Part shown: positions 11,608 to 23,880 of the stretch, piece after piece
How the letters are laid out: every line of letters starts with the position of its first letter
Position numbering within the stretch: position 1 is the stretch's first letter
Origin: Chiloscyllium plagiosum
Taxonomy: Eukaryota
DNA: 64,000 bases
Direction: 5' to 3'
NCBI RefSeq assembly: GCF_004010195.1
Contig: NC_057719.1
Coordinates: forward strand, 33,903,981-33,967,980
Notes under the pieces: model-generated
The model's database searches: none
Seen by the model: the letters and a program-made list of their open reading frames with translations, nothing else
Told to the model about the DNA's origin: nothing
Made by a program: the position numbers and the translations under genes

Positions 11608-14045
11608 GTGTAGAGAATTCTAAAGCTTCACCATTCCCTGAATGATGAAATTCCTCCTCATCTCAGTCCTAAATGGTTTATCTTTTATTCGGAGACTGTG
11701 TCTCTTGGTTCTGGACCTCACAGTCAAGGGAAATATCCCTTTTAAATCTATTCTGTTTATATCCCTTTAAAAACATTGCAGGTTTCTGTGAGATCACCTC
11801 TCATTCTTCTAAACTCCAGAGCAGACATGCCCAGTCTCCTCAATCTCTCCTCCTATGATAGTCCTGCCTTCGCAGGAATTAGTCTGTTGAACTTCTACTT
11901 CATTCCCTCCATAACAAGTATATTCTTCCTTAGGCAAGGAGACCAGAACTGGACACAATACCCCAGATATCAGCTCATCATGTTCTTCCCAATTTAAGAA
12001 AGATTTCTTTACTCCTGTATTCAGTTGCAATAAAGACTAACCTACCATTTACCTTCCAAATTGCTTGCTGCACCTGAATCCTAGCTTTCAGTAATCTTTA
12101 AATAAGGATACCAGTCCCTTTGGGCATTAATACTTTGTAATTTCATACTATTTAGGAAATATTCTGCATTCTTCCAACCAGAGCTAATAGCCTTACAGAA
12201 ATACACATTATATTCCATCTGCCAGGCTTGTACCCACTCAGTCAGCCTGTTTAAATCCCCTTGAATCCTCTTTACATCCTTCTCACAATTCCCATTCCCA
12301 TCAAGTTTGATATCATCTGCAAACATGAAATAATTACAATTGGACCCCATATCCCCACATAATGTATATAGATTGTAAACAGCCATGACTGATATGTGGA
12401 TACTTGTGAAGAGAATCATAGAATAAAATCCTTACAGTATGGAAGCAGGCATTCAGCCCATTGCGTCCACACTGACCCTGCAAAGATCATCCCACCAAGA
12501 CCCACTCCCCCACACAATCCCTGTAGCCCTGCATTTCCCATGGCTGATCCACCTATGCTGCACATCCTTGGACACTGTGGGCAGTTTAACATGGCCAATC
12601 CACCTAATCTGCACATCCCTGGATACTGTGGGCAGTTTAATATGGCCAATCCACCTAACCTGCACATCCTTGGACACTATGGGCAAACTAGCATAGCCAA
12701 TCCACCCAACGTACACATCCCTGGACACTATGGGACAATTTAGCATAGCCAATCCACCTAACGTGCACACCTTTGGACTGTGGGAGAAAACCCACACAGA
12801 CATAGTCACCCGAAGTTGGAATCAAACCCATGTGCTTGGCACTGTGAAGCAGCAGTACCAACGACAGCTGTGCCTGTGGCAACCCACTGGTCATGGCTGC
12901 CAAATGAGAATGACCCATTTATTATTTCTCTTTGCTTTCTATCTGTTTACTAACCTTCAATCAATGTGAATGTATTTCCTCCAATACTCTGTAATTTAAT
13001 TTTGTTTACAAACCTCCTGTGAGGATTTAATTAAAAGTCTTCTGTAAGTACAAATACACCACATCCTCTGGCTCCTCCTTATCATATCTGCTATTAACAT
13101 CATCAAGAGTCTTTCAGATTTGTTGAATATGATTTCCCTTTCATAAATCCATTTGACCCTGTCCAATCAGATTTAACAGAGCAAATATGCTGTAATTACA
13201 TCCTGCATTTTCCTTATTAGTGATGTCAGGCTGACAGGTTTTCTCCCTCCTTCCTTCCTTAAACAATGTGAATACTTTGAAACCTTTCAATCTGCAGGTA
13301 CTTTTGCAAAATCAATAGAATTTACAAGATGATCACAAATGCATCTATTATTTTTCTAACCTAATTCTTTCAATACCTTAAGGTTATAGCCATCAAGTCA
13401 CAAGGATTTGTCAGCTTTCAATCCCATTAATTTCTCCAATGCATTTCTTTTCTACCAATACTAATTTCTTTCAGTTCCATACTTTCACGAGAACCACGGA
13501 TTATAAATATTTCAGGGAGATTTCTTAAACTCTGTGAGGGCAAGCAGGAAGTTTTTTTATTAACTTCCCTGCCATTTATCTATTTCCTGTTATAAATTCT
13601 CCTGTGTCTGTCTGTATTGGGTCTACATTTGTCTTTGTTAATCTCTCCTATTGACATAACTGTAGAAACTTGTCCATTCCTTTTTTTACATTGCCTATTA
13701 ATTTACATGTATATTCAATTCTCTCTTTCTTTATCAATGCCATGGTCTATATTAGCTGAATTCTAAAATTTTCTCAATCCTCAGGCTTACAGCTTTCCTT
13801 TGACAACTTTGCAAGTCTCTATATTTGATCTAATACTGTCTTTAACTTCCCTTGTTAGCCATGGCTGTCTTGCTTTTCCTATTGGGTATTCTTGTCTTAA
13901 AGGAATGTGTTATTGTAAACTAACTGCTAATTCTTTAAATGCTAATCACTGATTATCCACTGTCAAGCTTTTCAGTCTATTTTTCCAATCAACCACAGCC
14001 AACTTCCTCCTCACATCTTCATAATTGTTCTTGTTTTGATTTAAC
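11608..14045 (-). mobile_element. Old CR1 LINE body (continuation of 8065-8237), with HE1 insertion
   Basis: Minus ORF 12081-12419 has MFADDIKL...IQGDLNRL.EW...WQMEYN; sequence at 11608 continues the CR1 3' region broken at 8237. Confidence 0.8.
12410..12880 (-). mobile_element. HE1-type SINE with an internal 51-bp tandem array (about 5 units)
   Basis: CATGGCCAATCCACCTAACCTGCACATCC..GGACACT.TGGGCA.TTTA repeated from 12539 with period 51. Confidence 0.9.
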
Positions 14046-14049
14046 TCCG

Positions 14050-14335
14050 GTTTTAGAACAGCAGCTATTCATGATGATTTTACTTGCCATTTACACTTCA
14101 TCTGAACCCACCTTTTGTTTATTTACATATTCCATAACTTTCACCTTCTGCCTCCCACTCCAATAATCCTTATGTTTTTCTCCTCCTCCTCTCTTTCATG
14201 TCTGTACACTTGCTTAAAGGCTATTACAACTCTAACATTTTCCAGTTTTGATGAAAATTCAAAGTAAAATATTAACTCTGTTTTCCTTCCTGCAGATGCT
14301 GCTTGACCTGCTGAGTTTTTCCAATATTTATGTTT
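14050..14335 (+). mobile_element. Old Penelope-related element, family D
   Basis: Pyrimidine-rich tract, decayed TTGATGAAA core, then TTAACTCTGTTTTCCTTCCTGCAGATGCTGCTTGACCTGCTGAG shared with other family D copies. Confidence 0.55.
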
Positions 14336-14680
14336 CCTGAGTCTGCTTTTATATTAATTAATATATTTTGTTCTCTGGCCTATCGGCTCAGGAAGAATAT
14401 TAGCTGCAACAAGATTTTTATTGAGTATCAAAATAGAAATTACACCTTCCCTAGGCGATCATTTCTTCTCCACTGTATAAAGTGTCAACCTACATTACTT
14501 GGGCCCATAAGTATGCTGGGAAAACTGTGCAAATAAATGGCAGTTGCTAATTTTAGTTAATTAAAAATCTGGTTTAATGTATTTATTTAATGTTAAAAAA
14601 AAAGGTGTCAACTACTACAGGCTTTCCCTGACAAACTGGTGGTGTTTTAATGAACCTACCTTTTCCAGATTTTACACCAT

Positions 14681-14721
14681 GAGCTTTGACAAAGGGTCAG
14701 TTAGACTCGAAACATCAGCTC
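14681..14721 (+). ncRNA. Decayed minimal hammerhead motif (family D)
   Basis: GAGCT-TTGACAA-A-GGGTC-AGTTA-GACTC-GAAA-CATC-AGCTC: perfect 5-bp helix I, 5-bp helix II, core differs from CTGACGA by two transitions. Confidence 0.6.
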
Positions 14722-14818
14722 TTTTCTCTCCTTACAGATGCTGCCAGACCTGCTGAAATTTTCCAGCATTTTCTCCTATAGTTTCAGATTCCAGCATCCG
14801 CAGTAATTTGCTTTTACT
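14681..14818 (+). mobile_element. Penelope-related mini-element, family D
   Basis: Starts at the hammerhead, then CAGATGCTGCCAGACCTGCTGA...TTCCAGCATCCGCAGTAATTTGCTTTTA. Confidence 0.75.
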
Positions 14819-17236
14819 GAATCCATTCTGTTGGCATTATTCTATATCACAAACCAGCCGTCCAGCCAACTGAGCTAACAACTACCATTCTGAGCAGAAA
14901 GGTGTATTATGAAGTGGCTAAGTTTTATCCCTCAACAAATGCAATAATCTGAACACTTTTCCCAAAGCTCGCCACACGAACCTCCATTCTGTTTGCAAAA
15001 AGATTACCATATTTTACCAGGCCATAATGTTAACCAAATCTAGAAGTAGTCAATAAGTTAGCCTGTCTATGACTGTGGCTCTTGCACAATGTTTGTTGCT
15101 TTAGACTACTTTCACATGTGCCACTGTGCCAGATATTTGTGGCATTTCTGAGATGGTCGGTCTTCCAGACTCTCTCAGGTTTTACTTTAGAACTGTACTT
15201 CAGAAGTACCTAGTTGTTTGTAAAATATTTTGGGCACCTGAGATTGTGAAAAGTGCTACAGAACTATTTTTTCTTTTTTTCCCTTGCAGAATGCTGTTGG
15301 TCAGGTTTCCTCACTCAATAACAAGTGATTTAACAGAAAGTTTTGATTAATTAGCTAGTTTTGCAGTGCTCACCTCAGCTGAATTAAAGACCATGGCAGA
15401 TTTTAAGGGATTAAAACTGTATTCTTTGAAATTATTGGCCAAGATAGTTAAAGAAAAAGAATCACAGTTTAGTTCACATATTCAGTAATACAGTGTGAGA
15501 AAACAGCCAGAGTAATTTTTTTCAGACTTTCAGAAAACCATAGCTTGAAATTGAATTGGCACATCAACAGCAATACCAAATTGCCAAGGACAGTTTTTGA
15601 GTTTCTCATGTCAGGATTTTCAATTCTTGTTCAGGAATGTGCAGCTTCCAAGCTTGTATCCTGACCCAGGAAAATGTGGCACTGAAGGTCAGATTTTAAT
15701 GTCCCCTTGAGATAGGCTGAGCCAACCTGAAATGGGAACAGAAGTTATCAGGTAGCAGAGTGGAAAAAAGGTTATCTCAGTGCACCAGTGCTGTGATAAA
15801 GTTCAATTAATATGCTATTAAAGTACATCCTTCAGGTTCCCCATTCACTCTTCACAATCCCTTGCATCATCTCTATCAATCCATACCCATCATGTCCCCT
15901 GCACACCTTCATGGCCAATGATAGAATTTAGGAATAATAATACCAATTCATGCCAATCTTTGCACTCTACCCATCAAACATTGCCCTTATCCCAATCATG
16001 TAAACTCACTGAGATATAAAGTGTTTGTTACAGACTTCACAATATAAAATAATTTAAAACCCATTAATTTTATTTACACAACTTCAAACTAAAAAGAAAC
16101 CTTATAACAATAAAACTAATTCAAGTGCACAATAGCTTATAACAACAAGCATTTGGAATTCAGCATCCCACATAAAAGAGTTTATAACCAGTTGTAGTTG
16201 TCAACCAAACTAAGAAATTGCAGGCCATCTTCTTTGATAATGAATAAGTGAATAGTGAAATAAGTCATGCATCAGGAATCCAGCAATGAAAGTCCAGAGG
16301 TTTGTGTAAAGTGACAAAGCAAAATAGCATTTTATAGTATTGCAGATATTTTGTTTTCAAAAATTAAAACAGCAGGACTTTTAACTACTTTTATATCTTC
16401 ACACCCCCCTTTGACGAGTGCTTTTAAGAAATCCTCTTAACATTTTGATAGTTCTAAAATAGCACCTCTTGACGAGTCACTTTGATAGTTACTTTCTTCA
16501 TAGCTTTGATTTGACAGGTGTGCTGACAGTTCCAATGAACTTGACAGTTGGTGAGTTTATATACATTTGTGACACACACATTTATGCCTAGTTTTGACAA
16601 TTCCAAAGAGTACGTTACCTCTCCCAAAAGGCACCTGAAATTCACTAAAAGGCACTTAACTTTAACCAAAGGTTGTCCAGAACCAAAGCTAAAGTGGTAT
16701 CCTACCTCTACAAAAGGGTATTGTGTCTGTCCAAATCAATCCACAACATCAGACTTGCTCTTCCGTATTAATCTGCACACTTCGGATGTCAGACTCCAAG
16801 CCTACCAAAACCCCATGCCTGTGAAGTTGCTTGATGCTTTATATAGCACGCTATTTCTATAAAATACATATTTACAAGGCCTGTCCCATCTCCAACTCTC
16901 CACCCACCCTCATGCAAAAATAGAAGTGCAATATTTGTGGATAGGACACTTCCAGCATTTTCAACACGATGAAGAGGATCTCTGTAATGGCAAGAATCCG
17001 AGTTTTATTTTTCCAAAATAGCCTGACAAATGAAAGATTCTACTGTAGAATGTCCTGAATTACTGAGAGTTTGCAAAGAGTTTGAATGTCACCTCTACCA
17101 ATTAAAAATCTTCTTCAGCATCTTCCTAAATCCTTCCTATCCTCTGTCAAATATTTGATTAATCTATCAGGTTTTGTGCTGCATATATAATCTTACATAA
17201 AATATAAAATAACTTATGGTATATAAAACAAATTAA

Positions 17237-17650
17237 TTTGCATTTTGGGAAAGCAAATCTTAGCGGGAATTATACACTTAATGGCAAGGTCCTAGGGAGT
17301 GTTGCTGAACAAAGAGACCTTAGAGTGCAGATTAATAGCTCCTTGAAAGTGGAGCCGCAGGTAGATAGGATAGTGAAGAAGACATTTGATATGTTTTCCT
17401 CTATTGGTCAGAGTTTTGCCGACAGGAGTTGTGAGGTCATGTTGCGGCTGTACAAGACATTGGTTAGGCCACTGTTGGACTATTGTGTGCAATTCTGGTC
17501 TCCTTCCTATCGGAAAGATGTTGTGAAAGTTGAAAGAGTTCAGAAAAGATCTACAAGGATGTTGCCAGTGTTGGAGGATCTGAGCTACAGGGAGAGGCTG
17601 AACAGGCTGGGGCTGTTTTCCCTAGGAGGCTGAGGGATGACCTTATAGAG
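17237..17650 (+). mobile_element. CR1/HER1-type LINE ORF2 3' fragment
   Basis: ORF 17238-17633 HFGKAN...LYKTLVRPLLDYCVQFWSP...ERVQKR. Confidence 0.9.
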
Positions 17651-19190
17651 AGTGAAAAAGTTGCCACTTAGGTCTTTTTTTTATATCTTTCCCCTCTCAC
17701 TCAAAACCTATGCCCTCCAGTTCTGGACTCCCCCACTCCAGGAAAATACTTTGTCTATTTATCCTATCCATGCCCCTCATGATTTTATAAGTCTCTATAA
17801 GGTCACCCCTCAGCCTCCAATGCTCCAGGGAAAATAGCCCCAGCCTATTCAATCTATCCCTATAGCGCAAATCCTCCAACCCTGGCAACATTTTTGTAAA
17901 TCTTTTCTGAACCCTTTCAAGTTTCACAACATCTTTCCGATAGGAAGGAGACCAGAATTGCACACAATATTCCAACAGTGGCCTAACCAATGTCTTGTAC
18001 AGCCGCAACATGACCTCCCAACTCCTGTCGGCAAAACTCTGACCAATAGAGGAAAACATACCAAATGCCTTCTTCACTATCCTATCTACCTGCGGCACCA
18101 CTTTCAAGGAGCTATTAACCTGCACTCTAAGGTTTCTTTGTTCAGCAACACTCCCCAGGACCTTACCATTAAGTGTATAATTCCCACTAAGATTTGCTTT
18201 CCCAAAATGCAGCACCTCGCATTTATCTAAATTAAACTCCATCCACCACTTCTCAGCCCATTGGCCCATCTGATCAAAGTCTCATTGTAATCTGAGATAA
18301 CCTTCTTCGCTGTCCACTACACCTCCAATTTTGGTGTCATCAGCAAACTTACTAACTCTGCCTCTTAAATCATTTATATAAATAATGAAAAGTAGAGGGC
18401 TCAGCACCGATCTTTGTGGCACTCCACTGGTCACAGGCCTCCAGTCTGAAAAACAACCCTCCACCATCACCCTCTGTCTTCTACCTTTGAGCCAGTTCTG
18501 TATCCAAATGGCTAGTTCTCCCTGTATTCATGAAATCTAATGTTGCTCACCAGTCTCCCATGGGAACCTTGTCAAATGCCTTACTGAAGTCCATATGTAT
18601 AACATCTACTGCTCTACCTTCATCAAACCTCTTTTATCCACTTTTATGCGTTTCAAGAAATCCAGCACTTCTTCCTATGTAGTATGGGCATTTTTCAACA
18701 TGTCACCATCTATTTCCCTACATTCTATATATTCCATGTCCTATTGCACACTAAATACTGGTGCAAAATACTTGTTTATTATCTGCCCTATCTCCTGTGG
18801 CTCCACACAAAAGCTGCCTTGCTGATCTTTGACGGCCCTATTTTCTCCCTCTTTATCCTTTTGTCCTTAATGTACTTGTAAAAATACTTCTGATTCTCCT
18901 TAACTCCATTTGTCAAAGCTATCTCATGTCCCTTTTCTTCTCTCTTAAGTATATGTCTATTGCCTTTATACTCTTCTAAGGATTCACTCAATCTATCCTG
19001 TCAATACCTTCATTTTCTGAACCAAACCCTCAATTTCTTTAGTCATCCAGCATTCCTTATACCTACCAGCCTTTCCTTCTACCTTAACAGGAATAGACTT
19101 TCTCTGGACTCTTGTTATCTCATTTCTGAAGGCTTCCCATTTTCCAGCTGTGCCTTTACCTGAGAATATCTGTGCCCAATCAGCTTTTGT
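17651..19190 (-). mobile_element. CR1/HER1-type LINE, inverted, internally deleted and 3'-truncated
   Basis: Minus ORFs: [53 protein letters not shown]. Confidence 0.9.
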
Positions 19191-20072
19191 GTATTTGGAT
19201 ATGCAAGGACTGGTTAGGGATAGTCAGCATGGCTTTGTATATGGGAAATCATATGTCACTAAGAAGTAACAAAGAGGATTGAAGAAGGCTGAGCAGTGGT
19301 CATGATCTATATGGACTATAATAAGGCCTTCAACAAGGTTCCCCATGGGAGACTGGTTAGCAAGGTTAGATCACATGGAGTACAGGGTGAACTAGCCATT
19401 TGGTACAGAACCGGCTCAAAGGTAGAAGACAGAAGGTGGTAGTGGGGGGGTTGTTTTTCAGACTGGAGGCCTGTGATCAGCGGTGTGTCACAAGGATTGG
19501 TGTTGGGTCCTCTGTTTTCTCTCATTTATATAAAGGATTTGGATGTGAACATAGGAGGTAAAGTTGGTAAGTTTGCTGATGACATCAAAATTGGAGGTGT
19601 AGTAGACAGCAAAGAAGGATACTTCAGAGTACAATGGGATCTTGATCAGATGGGCCAATGGGCAAAGGAGTGGCAGATAAAGTTTAATTTGAATAAATGT
19701 GAGATGCTGCTTTATAGAAAGGCAAATCAGGGCAGGACTTATACATTTAATGGTAAGGTCCTGGGGAGTGTTGTTGAACAAAAAAAATGAATCCCAGGTA
19801 GACAGGATATTGAAGAAGGCATTTGGTAAGCTTGTCTTTACTGGTCAGTGCATTGAGTATAGGAGTTGGGAGGTCATGTTGCAGCTGTACAGGACATTGG
19901 TTAGGCCACCTTTGGAATATTGAATTCAATTACAGTCTCTCTGCTAATGGGAAGGATATTGTGAAACTTGAAAGGGCTCAGAAAAGAATTTCATGAATGT
20001 TACCAGGGTTGGAGAGTTTGAGATATAGGGAGAGGCTGAACAGGCCGGGGCTGTTTCCCTGGAGCGTCGGAG
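19190..20072 (+). mobile_element. CR1/HER1-type LINE RT fragment
   Basis: DSQHGF, KAFNKVPHGRL, SGVSQGLVLGPLF, KFADDIK, LYRTLVRP motifs. Confidence 0.9.
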
Positions 20073-20309
20073 GCCATTAACCCAAACCTTGAAGTTCTTT
20101 TTGTCTTCCCAGTTACTGCCTGAATGGTTGAATCAGGGATTCTACAGCCCCTCTGAATGTGGGCTGGCGGGCTGTTAGAATGCTGAGGAAATGCATTAGG
20201 AGAAAAGAACATTGTTATGCAACAACTTCAGGACAATTCAAGAGGCAAGAATGCCAATAATTTGGCTGTATACTGAATAGATATGGGCTACACGTTAAAA
20301 TCATCAAGT

Positions 20310-20452
20310 GCAAAAACAGAAATTGCTGTAAAACCTCAGTGTGTGTGGCAGCATTTATTTCGCTTCACAGATGCTGCCAGACCTGCTGTGCATTTCCAGC
20401 AATTTTTGTTTTCGTTTCTGACTTTCAGCACCCTCAGTTCTTTCGGTTTTTA
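20310..20452. mobile_element. Palindromic family D element with deleted centre
   Basis: AAAAACAGAAATTGCTG...GGCAGCAT inverted against ATGCTGCC...CAGCAATTTTTGTTTT. Confidence 0.6.
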
Positions 20453-20823
20453 TAAATAATCTAGGGGCCCAAGTCTTCCTACCGCATTGCCAAAGATTGA
20501 TTCTCCCACCCCACCCCTCTCCCTACCCCCTCCACCAACCCCTATTCATCAGCATTAAAATGGGCCCTGCTTTTCAGGGAGATCTCCAGGTACATCATGG
20601 TGGCCTCTCACATCTTCCTCAGGTAGGAGTGTTGGCTTTCCCTCTTAGGGATCCAAGTCACAAGCAGTAGGGGTCCTTGTGGCGGTGGTTGCCTCTGGCC
20701 CTGCAGTAGCAACCCCAAGTCTAGATGGTTTAGTTCTTCTTTTTTCAGGGACTGTCTGCCTGGACTTGACACATTGAAGAAACTCGCAAGCTCCTCAACA
20801 TGAAGCTGTCCAATCCTTTCTTT

Positions 20824-21030
20824 TGGAGAAATTGAGATCTGCAGATGCTGGAGATCAGAGTCGAAGTGTGTGGTGCTGGAAAACACAGCCTTTCAAGCAG
20901 TATGTGAGGAGCAGGAGAATCAATGTTTTGGGCATTAGCCCTTCATCAGGAAGGGCTGCTGCTGAAACATCGACTCTCCTGCTCCTCAGATGCTGCCTGA
21001 CTGGCTGTACTTTTCCAGCACCACACTCTT
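20824..21030. mobile_element. Palindromic Penelope-related mini-element, family A
   Basis: Inverted arms around CTTCATCAGGAAGGGC; degenerate TSD TCCA(A/C)TCCTT. Confidence 0.8.
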
Positions 21031-22266
21031 CCACTCCTTCCCTTAGCACGCTCAGCAGTTTGTTCATTCACCTCTGACACGAAAGTCCCCTCCATGATCA
21101 CACTGTCTGCTCACATGCATTTAGCATCCACATTTGGTCCCAGCCACTGCACTTTCAGCGTGTTGCTAATATGTTGTTCAGCATTTTCTGTTTTTATTTC
21201 ATCAAAACTATTATGGGCTCTAGTCTAGTCTATCAAAGGAAAAATATTAGTTGTGACACCTAAGCTTGAATAATTACTTTTCTGTATTTACTTGATATTT
21301 TTAGCTTTTGATTCATACCAATGTTATTTACCTTTTCTTGACTTGCTATGTCTTTCAATAAGACATCTCTTTAGTTATAAGTCTCCTGTAAGGGACCTTG
21401 TCAAATACTTTTCCAAAGTCAAGGTATACTTTCTGTTTCCTTCATCCAGCAACACTATTAGTTTCCCACAAATTTCAATTAATTCATTGGACATGACTTT
21501 CCCTTCAAGAATCTAGTTTAGATTTTGTTTATGGCCTTCCGTGTTGATAAATGATCATGAAATGTTACATTGCAGCACATTCTTGTATCTTTTGTATTAT
21601 TGATGTTAAGTCAACTGTCCCATAATTCTTAGGGTCACTTTGTCCTTTGGTGAAGATTGAAATCATATTCATTTGTTTTCAATGCTCTTGCTATTATGTG
21701 TGGTACAAGCACTCAACGAACAAGCTTCACCTTCCTTAACTCCCTTGAGCTCCTTGTAACTGACGATCAAAACAAACTCTTCAAAGGATTTCTGCATAAG
21801 TAAGATTTGTGGGAACTGAGAGCAAGTTTGGCTTTCAAGCAGACAAGGAGTATTGAATGGATTAACTTCTTGATCATCGTACAGTAGCAATTGAGTGGTC
21901 ATCCAGCATATATAGGAGAATTAGCCTCATGGGGTGTGCTTATTTGGGCAGCAAGCCAGAAGAGTAGAAAGTACCAATGTTTCCAGAAGCAGGGAGGATC
22001 CCACTGCATTCCATATTTAACTGAAAGGCTACTGTACACCTGGACAAGCATTGGCAGTATAATGGCCCAGGCACAAAGACATACTGTTCATGACACATAG
22101 TTGGCATGGCTGTCACTCCCTCACCCAAACACCCTCTTTGTCTAATCCTATTTACTGTGTAACCACCTATCCTTAGCTACATCTCTCAGTCACCAATACT
22201 CTGTCGACTAGAAACCCACATCTTGTCATTGCCAGGACGTGAGCATCACAGGCAGGCAAGAAATCA

Positions 22267-22459
22267 GACACGTTTGTAAACATTAAAAACACGGAAATAG
22301 AAAAACCACACCGGATCATCAACGCCACACTCACAGGAATCCAATTCACGAGAGAAGAAGAAAAGGACAACCAACTCCCATTCCTAGACGTGATGGTACA
22401 GAGAACACCAAACGGAGAATTCACCACAAAGGTATACAGGAAAGCCACACACACAGACC
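22267..22459 (+). pseudogene. Penelope-like reverse transcriptase fragment
   Basis: Translates to DTFV...IQFTREEEKDNQLPFLDVMV...TKVYRKATHTD, typical of PLE RT after the YxDD motif. Confidence 0.9.
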
Positions 22460-22669
22460 TTATCAGGGTACATTTGTACATCTGCTTTAACAAAAAGTTA
22501 AATGATGAAGTATGATACTTTACAACACCATTGTAGGGAAGGCAACACTTGCAGGTTTCATTAAAGGGATTGATGGTAGTCCAGCAATGATGGGCAAAGT
22601 ACTTAGCTGGTGATCATTTAATGAGGTTGAAACCCAGTGAGATAAATCAATAAACGATATAAATGGAAC

Positions 22670-23072
22670 ACGAAATGACACGACCAGCTATCCTTAGTAG
22701 CCACACATGCAGACAACAAGCAACATGAATTTGACTGGGACAACACTGCTATCATAGGGCAAGCCAGACAGAGGACAGCCAGGGAATTCCTAGAGGCATG
22801 GCATTCATCCACAAACTCCATCAACAAACACATCGACCTGGACCCAATATACCAACCACTACAGCGGACAGCTGAAACTGACAACCGGAAGCGGCAGGGA
22901 CAGACCACTATGAACACCGGAGGAAACATCAAAGAAGCGCTTTGCAGGAGGCTCCCAAGCACTGATGATGTCGCCTAGCCAGGGGGCAAAACGTTTGCAA
23001 CAAAAACTTCCAGCTCGGCGAACAGAACCACAACAACGAACACCCGAGCTACAAATCTTCGCACAAACTTTG
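22670..23072 (+). mobile_element. Penelope 3' end: GIY-YIG endonuclease C-terminus plus pLTR (family C)
   Basis: Translates to HDQLSLVATHADNKQHEFDWDNTAIIGQARQRTAREFLEAWHS..SINKHIDL; followed by a hammerhead at 22959-22998. Confidence 0.85.
22959..22998 (+). ncRNA. Minimal hammerhead motif (family C), G12 mutated to A
   Basis: GCA-CTGATGA-T-GTCGCCT-AGCC-AGGGGGC-AAAA-CGTT-TGC: helix I GCA/TGC, helix II with one mismatch, ACGT palindrome, GUU triplet. Confidence 0.65.
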
Positions 23073-23639
23073 AAATCAGACTTGAGCAATTAATTATAGC
23101 CAGCAAATCAAGCACAAGCAAAACCAATAGATGCTGCAGTTCACTCCCATGTTGCCAATCAAGTGCTGGTCTTATGACCAACAACTGTTTTATAGTCCAT
23201 GATGCATCTAGCTCACATTTACTAGAACCAGGTGTCAGTCAGGTCTGGCTTGTAGCATCCAGCACAGCTGAGCTCTGTCATACACAAGGAGAGCTTCCTC
23301 TTCTACAACATCCTCATCCAGTTCCTCAAAAGACTGCTCCCATTCCCCTAATTCCTCAGCATCTATCATATCACTTCATTGCCTGCTCTGATAGTCACTG
23401 TGAGTGTCATTTTCACAGCTGCTTGTTTAAGCAGTAGTTGAAATGTCTTGCAGATGAGTTGGAGCCAAGCATGTGTTCAAGTGGAGATTTAGCTGGCAAA
23501 AAGTAGCTGATTGGTCTATGGACTAATAATCGGTTATCGTGATAAAGGTCTTCTGCTTACCAACAACTATGTGATTGGTTCTCAGGTAGCTGAACAGCTT
23601 TGGGTTGTGAATAAGATTGAGGAAAGCCATGAGTCTCCA

Positions 23640-23880
23640 TCAACTCCCTGTGTTCTGTCTTCTCAGCTACCTTCACCCACCCCCCCCCAACCCCACCGTT
23701 GGCCTCCTATTTATCTCTCAGCTCCCTTCCCCTCACCAACCCCCCACACCCCAATTTTGATGAAAGGTTTATGCTTGAAACGTCGAGTCTCCTGCTCCTC
23801 GATGCTGCCTGACTGGCTGTGCATTTCCAGCACCAAATTTTTCGACTCTGATCTCCAACATTTGCAGTCCCCACCTTCTC
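23640..23880 (+). mobile_element. Penelope-related element, family A (non-palindromic, with C-rich tract)
   Basis: TTGATGAAAGGTTTATGCTTGAAACGTCGAG followed by the family A body ending GCAGTCCCCACCTTCTC. Confidence 0.75.

Noticed and set aside
15530..16960. Possible old DNA-transposon remnant
   Set aside because: I could not find TIRs, a TSD or translatable motifs
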